Assembly (NCBI GenBank): GCA_964235605.1 | Contig: CAXSCR010000003.1 | Location: forward strand, 112,275 to 176,274 | DNA length: 64,000 nt | Reading direction: 5' to 3' | DNA from: an uncultured Cyclobacteriaceae bacterium | Lineage (GTDB): Bacteria > Bacteroidota > Bacteroidia > Cytophagales > Cyclobacteriaceae | Part shown: positions 57,949-64,000 of the stretch, piece by piece | Numbering within the stretch: the first letter of the stretch is position 1 | Layout: each line of letters opens with the position of its first letter | Made by a program: the position numbers and the translations under genes | Notes under the pieces: model-generated | What the model saw: only the letters and a program-made list of their open reading frames with translations | What the model was told of the DNA's origin: nothing | Database searches by the model: none

Positions 57949-59031
57949 ATGAACGAAGTAAAACGAAGTCCGGACCTTTTAAAAACGACTCAGCATTTTG
58001 AAATTCTTGATGGGTTAAGAGGCATTGCTGCGCTGGCTGTTGTCATTTTCCACTTTATGGAATGGGTCTTCGTCGATTTCAGCAAAAACTTTATTGGTCA
58101 TGGTTTTTTAGCTGTGGACTTTTTCTTTTGTTTATCGGGCTTTGTTATTGGCTACGCTTATGATGACCGCATCGGGAAAATGGGAGTTGGGGAGTTTTTC
58201 AAGTCGCGGCTGATAAGATTACATCCGTTAGTGGTTATGGGTTCTATATTGGGATTATTAGGCATTCTTTTGGACCCCTTTGCATCACCCATAGCTTACG
58301 ACGCAGGCAAACTTGCATTGCTGTTTGTTTGCTCGCTTTTACTTATTCCGCTTCCACTGATGGAGGAGCGTGCTTTCAACCTCTTTGCTTTGAATGCTCC
58401 ATCGTGGTCACTTTTTTGGGAATATGTTGCTAATATTTTTTATGCGTTCGTTCTTTGTAAGGTGGACCGTCGCTCTATGGCAGCATTGACTATCCTGGCT
58501 GCTCTAGGCATTTGCATAGTCAGTTATCGAGCTGGGAACCTTCTCGGTGGCTGGTCGAAAGATAACTTCTTAGATGGTGGTGCCCGTGTTGCTTACTCCT
58601 TTTTAGCAGGTCTCTTTCTTTACCGTTCGAATTGGATCATTAAAAACAGACTTGGGTTTATAGGCATGGCCATTTTGTTGTTTTTAGCGTTTATCATGCC
58701 CGGGACTAAATGGAACTGGCTGACGGAGACATTGATTGTACTCTTCTATTTTCCACTGATGGTTTCTCTCGGAGCAGGCTCGGCTCTCGCCCCTCAATGG
58801 AAAAAAGTTTGTCAGTTTTCCGGTAACATATCATATCCTCTTTACATGACACATTATGCAGCTATATGGATCTTTGGAAATTATTATACAAATGAAAAGC
58901 CGCCGATAAGTGAACTACCCTATATCATCATACCAGGCATAATTATCCTGGTAGTTATTGCTTATTTCGTAATGGTGTTCTATGATATACCTGTCAGGAG
59001 ATTACTCGCCAAAAAGAATATGTCGCCGTGA
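57949..59031 (+). CDS. Acyltransferase family 3 (OafA-like) membrane protein
   Basis: About 10 TM segments. The N-terminal LDGLRGIAALAVVIFH is typical of acyltransferase_3. Local GC is clearly higher than in the neighbours. Confidence 0.8.
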   Translation: MNEVKRSPDLLKTTQHFEILDGLRGIAALAVVIFHFMEWVFVDFSKNFIGHGFLAVDFFFCLSGFVIGYAYDDRIGKMGVGEFFKSRLIRLHPLVVMGSILGLLGILLDPFASPIAYDAGKLALLFVCSLLLIPLPLMEERAFNLFALNAPSWSLFWEYVANIFYAFVLCKVDRRSMAALTILAALGICIVSYRAGNLLGGWSKDNFLDGGARVAYSFLAGLFLYRSNWIIKNRLGFIGMAILLFLAFIMPGTKWNWLTETLIVLFYFPLMVSLGAGSALAPQWKKVCQFSGNISYPLYMTHYAAIWIFGNYYTNEKPPISELPYIIIPGIIILVVIAYFVMVFYDIPVRRLLAKKNMSP

Positions 59032-59043
59032 AGAAATTGGAAC

Positions 59044-59166
59044 CTATGAAATCGGATACAAGCTTCTCAGTGTTTTTAGGTAAATATTTGTCAGGCAGCT
59101 TCTATCAATGGAATAGTTAGCCATTGCAACCTTTCTCCACTCAGCTTGTGAAAACGTCTTAGGCAT
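59044..59166 (-). pseudogene. Truncated 5' fragment of a DUF2071 (YqjF-like) gene, copy B
   Basis: Own translation: MPKTFSQAEWRKVAMANYSIDRSCLTNIYLKTLRSLYPIS*. Over roughly 60-100 nt it is clearly similar, though not identical, to 57570-57669. Confidence 0.5.
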
Positions 59167-59490
59167 TAAGAGGCTTCATATTTTCGCTATGAGTACTACT
59201 TTTCAATTCAGCCACTATTTTCCTCCTTCTTTTATTTGTCAACACTTTAACCCATGCCGTAATAATTACATCATATCCTGATATTTTCCCTTGTTGGTTC
59301 TGTTATCAGTAATCTATTTGTTTGGTATTTCTTTGCCTCGCAAGGTTGTCATTGTAGCTAATCTCAATTTGTCGCTTCCCTCAATTTTCTTTATACGCAT
59401 TACCACACTCATTCGGGACTTGCACCCTTATAGCCAATACCTGACGCACAAAAAAAAGGCAGCTACTTTCGTAACTGCCCTCTATCACCG

Positions 59491-59564
59491 CTCCTCCTTT
59501 TGGACTTGAACCAAAGACCCTCTGATTAACAGTCAGATGCTCTAACCAGCTGAGCTAAGGAGGA
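59491..59564 (-). tRNA. tRNA-Asn (anticodon GTT)
   Basis: The minus strand folds as a cloverleaf: TCCTCCT TA GCTC AGCTGGTTA GAGC A TCTGA CTGTTAA TCAGA GGGTC TTTGG TTCAAGT CCAAA AGGAGGA G. It is 74 nt and CCA is not encoded. Confidence 0.9.
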
Positions 59565-59673
59565 AAATGGGACTGCAATATTAGGGTTTGAGGTTAAATT
59601 CTCCAAAAAGGAGCTTAAAATTTTAATAATAATTCTTCAAAGGCGTATTTAAAGCTAAAATGTAATAGTCGGT

Positions 59674-61299
59674 TTAATCTAGAAAAGAATATCGGTAATC
59701 TGTTGGTGTTACAAATGTCTCTTTTATGGTTCTCATGGAAACCCAGCGCGATAAATTAACCTTCGCCCCGGCTTTGTCGTTCGTTCCAGAGGCCCTGGCT
59801 CCACCAAATGGCTGCTGGCCAACTACGGCACCTGTAGGTTTATCATTAATATAAAAGTTTCCAGCAGCGTTAACGAGCTTCTTCGCAGCAAGATCTACGG
59901 CATATCGATCTTTAGCGAAGATGGAACCTGTGAGCGCATAGGGCGATGTGTTGTCTACTAGTTCTAATGTCTGTTCAAAGTTTTCTTCGTGATATATGTA
60001 CACCGTTAGTACGGGACCAAATATTTCTTCACACATGGTAAGGGAAGATGGATCTTTAGAAACAATAACTGTGGGTTCAACAAAATAGCCTTTCGACTTA
60101 TCACATTTGCCTCCCGCTATGATTTCATTCAATTGATTAGTTCGTGCTTTCTCTATATAGCCACTTATTGTATCGAAGGATTTTTCACTTATTACGGCAT
60201 TAACAAAATTGCCCAGTTCTTCAACACCGCCCATTTTCAAGCCTTTGAGATCTGTTAGCAGATGTTTTTTGATATCCTCCCATAAGTTAGAAGGAATATA
60301 ACAACGCGATGCTGCTGAACATTTTTGTCCCTGGTATTCGAAAGCACCACGCAACATAGCGGTGGCTACTTCTTTGGCATTCGCGCTTTTGTGCACCATG
60401 ATGAAATCCTTTCCACCCGTCTCACCCACTATTCTTGGGTACGATTTATATTTATGGATATTGATGCCAATGGTTTTCCACATCTCTTGAAACACTTTGG
60501 TGCTTCCTGTAAAATGAAGTCCGGCAAAATCTCTATGATTGAAAACAATATCGCCAACAACAGGGCCATCAACATAAATCAAATTGATTACACCGTCTGG
60601 TAAGCCAGCTTCTTTTAAAACCTGCATTATCACATGCGCCGAATAGATCTGCGCGTAGGCGGGCTTCCAGACCACTGTATTCCCCATAAGGGCCATGCAA
60701 GTAGGAAGGTTGGCTGCTATAGCGGTGAAGTTAAATGGGGTAACAGCAAAGGTAAAACCTTCTAGTGGACGGTACTCCATACGGTTCCATACACCGGGTG
60801 ATGACTGTGGCTGTTCACTATAAATTTGGCTGGCGAAATAAACATTGAATCGAAAGAAATCGATTAACTCACACGCTGAATCAATCTCTGCCTGATAGGC
60901 ATTCTTTGATTGTCCCAACATGGTTGCTGCATTGATTTTATATCGGTAGGGTCCTGCAATCAAATCGGCTGCCTTCAGAAAAATACTCGCTCTATTTTCC
61001 CACGGTAGGTTGGCCCATAATTCCTTCGCGCCAAGCGCTGAATTTATTGCCTGATCAACGTGTGTGCTGTCGCCTTCATGAAAGTAGGCTAGAATGTGCT
61101 TGTGGTCGTGAGGCGGCGCTAATGGTTTTTTATCATCTGTTCTAATTTCTTCACCACCGATATGCATTGGAATATCCAACACATGCGCACGTGCTTCTTC
61201 AATTTCTTTTTTTAAAGCTATACGCTCAGGCGAACCGGGTGCATAATTTAAAACAGTTTCGTTCTTTGGCAACGGCACAGAAAAAAATCCAGTAGACAT
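59674..61299 (-). CDS. pruA: L-glutamate gamma-semialdehyde (1-pyrroline-5-carboxylate) dehydrogenase
   Basis: Aldehyde dehydrogenase motifs FTGSTKVF, ETGGKD and catalytic GQKCSAASR. The 541-aa length is typical of PruA. Confidence 0.85.
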   Translation of the reverse strand: MSTGFFSVPLPKNETVLNYAPGSPERIALKKEIEEARAHVLDIPMHIGGEEIRTDDKKPLAPPHDHKHILAYFHEGDSTHVDQAINSALGAKELWANLPWENRASIFLKAADLIAGPYRYKINAATMLGQSKNAYQAEIDSACELIDFFRFNVYFASQIYSEQPQSSPGVWNRMEYRPLEGFTFAVTPFNFTAIAANLPTCMALMGNTVVWKPAYAQIYSAHVIMQVLKEAGLPDGVINLIYVDGPVVGDIVFNHRDFAGLHFTGSTKVFQEMWKTIGINIHKYKSYPRIVGETGGKDFIMVHKSANAKEVATAMLRGAFEYQGQKCSAASRCYIPSNLWEDIKKHLLTDLKGLKMGGVEELGNFVNAVISEKSFDTISGYIEKARTNQLNEIIAGGKCDKSKGYFVEPTVIVSKDPSSLTMCEEIFGPVLTVYIYHEENFEQTLELVDNTSPYALTGSIFAKDRYAVDLAAKKLVNAAGNFYINDKPTGAVVGQQPFGGARASGTNDKAGAKVNLSRWVSMRTIKETFVTPTDYRYSFLD

Positions 61300-61700
61300 A
61301 TTTGAATTGCTTAGTTATCAAAGTTAACATTTGAATTGAAAGAATAAATTCCCTTCCATTAGCTAGCAGGAAAATCGCTTTTAAAAAATGATAGTGGATT
61401 AAGAGTCATTTTTACTAACTATTGATATAATAAAAGAATTTCTTCTCATGATGGGTTTGGCTTTCAAACGATGATGGTCATCTGCCCTTATTACTTATTC
61501 GTTATGCCACCTGGTCAAGAAATACAAATCCTTAACACAAGCCCGACATGTGAGTCACCTGTATAAAACTTTAAAAAATCGACCCAGCAGCTCAACGCTA
61601 GCAGCCAGAAGCTATAACTTTGATATTAAAACCTAAAGCGGCTTCCCTGAATTTGCTAGATAAGGTAGAAGAAATATACGGCTGTACTAATACGCTGTAC

Positions 61701-62393
61701 TTATAAAAATGTAGATAATTCTTTTAAGCATTTGATCTCATAATTTACATCATCATTATGCAATAGCGCTTCCGGATTAAAGAAGACTGTATCGATTAAT
61801 GCATTGCGGGCTCCTTGCATATCCGTAATTAAATTATCACCAATCATGATTGCTTCGTGAGGACCTATGTTGTTTGATAGCAATGTAAAATCAAAAATTT
61901 CTTTTGAAGGCTTTTTGCGACCCGCTTTCTGCGACGTGACTACATGGTCAAAGAAATGATCCAGTTTTGCTGCGCGTATTTTACGGTGCTGTATTTCGTC
62001 AAATCCATTGGTGACAACGCTTAGTCTATACCTATCTGCCAAATAATGCAATGTTTCAAGTGCATGTGGCATAAGGTGAATCTTCTCTGGACAAATGTCT
62101 AAATAATTATCTGAGATATTGAGAACGAGCGTTTCTTCGTAAGCATTAAAGGTTTCTAGAATTTGTTTAAATCTTTCCTTCCGGATAACGTCGCCCTGTA
62201 TTACACCACGATCATATAAATTCCACAGAGAAAGATTGACTTCTCTAAACCTAATATGAAACCTGTCAAAGTCATCGATGCCTTTTTCTTGTAGATTAAG
62301 AAAATGATAGAGATCAAAAAGGGCCTCTTTAGAATTACGCTCATAATCCCATAAGGTATGATCAAGATCAAAGAAGATGCATTTGTATTTCAT
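61701..62393 (-). CDS. HAD-IA family hydrolase (YjjG-like nucleotidase)
   Basis: Motif I IFFDLDHTLWDY. Also VVTNG, the K..P motif and the C-terminal IGDNLITDMQGA. Confidence 0.75.
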   Translation of the reverse strand: MKYKCIFFDLDHTLWDYERNSKEALFDLYHFLNLQEKGIDDFDRFHIRFREVNLSLWNLYDRGVIQGDVIRKERFKQILETFNAYEETLVLNISDNYLDICPEKIHLMPHALETLHYLADRYRLSVVTNGFDEIQHRKIRAAKLDHFFDHVVTSQKAGRKKPSKEIFDFTLLSNNIGPHEAIMIGDNLITDMQGARNALIDTVFFNPEALLHNDDVNYEIKCLKELSTFL

Positions 62394-62442
62394 ATTCTAA
62401 AAACAAGTACAAGTTATTTTAATTGATTAGCAGCCATACCTT

Positions 62443-62829
62443 TCATTCCTTCTGCCATTCTTTTATCAACACTTTATTCGCAGCCAGTTCACGATTTGAA
62501 TGTAGCGTTAAATAAATCTGCTGATCTTTTTGAAGTTGCGCGTCTTTACGCACAAACGAAAAAATTTGTTTAATGATTTCGTCTACCTCATCCTTAACCT
62601 GATAGAACACCCAATGGTTATATCGTCTAAAAGAAAGTATGCCAGAATTTTTAAGGTAGATTAAATGCCTTGATGTTTTCGCTTGTGTAAACTCCAGAAT
62701 TCGCTCTAGATCTGAGATGCACATCTCACCATTTTGAAAAATAAGATGTAGAATGCGCAGCCGCGATTCGTCAGCACAAGCCTTAAATATCTGTGCACCG
62801 AGTGTAAGATTAAAATTTTTAAGTCTCAT
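62443..62829 (-). CDS. ArsR/SmtB family transcriptional regulator
   Basis: Winged-helix signature ADESRLRILHLIFQNGEMCISDLERILEFTQAKTSRHLIYLKNSGIL. Confidence 0.8.
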   Translation of the reverse strand: MRLKNFNLTLGAQIFKACADESRLRILHLIFQNGEMCISDLERILEFTQAKTSRHLIYLKNSGILSFRRYNHWVFYQVKDEVDEIIKQIFSFVRKDAQLQKDQQIYLTLHSNRELAANKVLIKEWQKE

Positions 62830-62901
62830 GAAGCAACTTTAGCTAACGGTTCAAAGTTATAGATTAGGCACTTAAAATGCTTATCTATATATTTGAAATC
62901 A

Positions 62902-63573
62902 ATGGCTTTTAAAATCGTGTCTGTGAAGCATAGTGTTACAAAATTACAATTTTTCATCTTTTTAGTGCTTATTTTCTGGTTTACAGGCAGCCTAGCCGTA
63001 TTCGCACAAAACCAAAAACGCGTCATTCAATTGTCAGGCGTGGTTCTCGGTGAAGATAGTGTCTCTGGTCTTCCGGGTGTACACATTTACGTTCCAAAAG
63101 CGGGTCGGGGTGCAACTACCAATGGAATGGGTTTCTTTTCTATGCCCGTACTTATTGGTGATAGCATTGTGATAAGCTCTGTGGGGTATGCAAGACAATT
63201 TTATATTGTACCCAATCATCCATCGGAGTTTCTAACGGTTGTCTTTGAATTAGATGAAGACATGACTTACCTCAATGAAATTACAGCAACTGCCTTTCCT
63301 ACAGAAGAAGTATTTAAAGAAGCCATTCTAGCCCTTAACCTTCCACCAGACAATCAAATTGATCAGAAAAATTTGAATGCAGAATTGCTAGCGCTCATGC
63401 TTAGAACTGCTCCAATGGATGGGCCGATGAATCAGCGGTATTATTTGAATGAGTGGGCCAATCACCAGAACGACAGGTTTATGCCCGTCACCAATCCTTT
63501 CCTTAATCCTTTTAACTGGGTAAAATTCTTTAATTCCCTCAAGAAGGATAAAAAAAAGAAAGTCAAAAGATAA
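62902..63573 (+). CDS. Carboxypeptidase-regulatory-like domain protein
   Basis: Signal or anchor present. IQLSGVVLGEDSVSGLPGVHIYVPKAGRGATTNGMGFFSMPVLIGDSIVISSVGY is typical of the CarboxypepD_reg fold. The start is ATG 62902 or TTG 62893. Confidence 0.65.
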   Translation: MAFKIVSVKHSVTKLQFFIFLVLIFWFTGSLAVFAQNQKRVIQLSGVVLGEDSVSGLPGVHIYVPKAGRGATTNGMGFFSMPVLIGDSIVISSVGYARQFYIVPNHPSEFLTVVFELDEDMTYLNEITATAFPTEEVFKEAILALNLPPDNQIDQKNLNAELLALMLRTAPMDGPMNQRYYLNEWANHQNDRFMPVTNPFLNPFNWVKFFNSLKKDKKKKVKR

Positions 63574-64000
63574 TTATCGCTTTTGCATACCTAATTTCTC
63601 TGTAGCAAATCTTTCCATTTCACGGTAAACACCTTCAACATCTTTTGATGTTAATGACGAACCTATAACATGTGCACCTGCGTTGGGTATGGAAACAATT
63701 TCCTTAAGAGAATCTGGCGTGGCTAGTTGTTTATGCATTTCAAGCATGGCACTCACTTTTACTTCGGGGTCTTGCTCTTGTTCGTTCTTATAATAATAAA
63801 GCGTTAAGGAAGGTTGGTTTACTTTAGAAAATGTCTCCGCGGTCATTTGACCTTCCAATAATTCCTGCAGCTCTGTGGTTGACTCTAATCTGTACTTGGT
63901 ATTCCAATAAGATGATATGCTCGTCTGAAAACTATCAGAACCACGGTATTTTCCACCCATTACAACACGAGCAATCTGTAAACCCCAAGGATTATTTAGT
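63574..64000 (-). CDS. Alpha/beta hydrolase, paralogue of 15389-16384 (N-terminus beyond window end)
   Basis: The frame stays open upstream of the ORF-track Met, reading LNNPWGLQIARVVMGG. The C-terminal half aligns closely with the 15389-16384 product, for example LYYYKNEQEQD..VKVSAMLEMHKQLATPDSLK..IPNAGAHV. Confidence 0.8.
   Translation of the reverse strand, partial: LNNPWGLQIARVVMGGKYRGSDSFQTSISSYWNTKYRLESTTELQELLEGQMTAETFSKVNQPSLTLYYYKNEQEQDPEVKVSAMLEMHKQLATPDSLKEIVSIPNAGAHVIGSSLTSKDVEGVYREMERFATEKLGMQKR

Noticed and set aside
59291-59509. 72-aa plus-strand ORF.
   Set aside because: It overlaps the 3' end of the tRNA-Asn gene on the opposite strand and has an implausible sequence, so I treat it as spurious.
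1-64000. Prophage, integrative element, IS element or defence island.
   Set aside because: No integrase, transposase, phage structural gene, restriction-modification gene, toxin-antitoxin pair or cas-like gene was recognisable in any frame. The only mobile-looking sequences are short non-coding repeats.

Overview
This is an AT-rich chromosomal segment, roughly 36-42% GC by eye. It comes from a Bacteroidota bacterium; a Cytophagales-like lineage is my inference from the T9SS type A and type B C-terminal sorting domains, the short 333-aa NuoG and the SD-less starts. Core genes are nuoL(partial)-K-J-I-H-G-F-E-D-C-B-A on the minus strand, ffh, a molybdenum-cofactor cluster (moeA, moaC, mobA, moaE), dnaA, a two-subunit methylmalonyl-CoA mutase, pruA and tRNA-Asn(GTT). 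Accessory genes include a 1137-aa GH18/GH16-like/CBM2 T9SS enzyme, an 1105-aa T9SS type B cargo protein, hydrolases, a PAS histidine kinase with a receiver-only regulator, an AddB-like Fe-S nuclease, a signal-peptide TPR-CHAT protein of 1415 aa, and many small secreted or lipoprotein hypotheticals. No transposase, integrase, CRISPR array or rRNA was seen. Four things stand out. (1) Heptanucleotide (TTAACTA)n inverted-repeat elements occupy five consecutive intergenic junctions of the nuo operon. One of them carries a four-helix-bundle (23S rRNA IVS protein family) ORF between nuoG and nuoF, and a solitary arm sits in front of moaE. (2) MITE/REP-like elements with a GGTCTGTGAGGACACAGACC palindrome occur at two loci, together with a cluster of 13-nt GCTCCnnnGGAGC hairpins. 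(3) A roughly 40-55 bp direct repeat duplicates the 3' coding end of the nuclease gene 397 bp downstream. (4) A 6TM voltage-gated K+ channel gene is translationally coupled inside moaC-mobA. All functional calls come from motif recognition by eye; no database search was possible.
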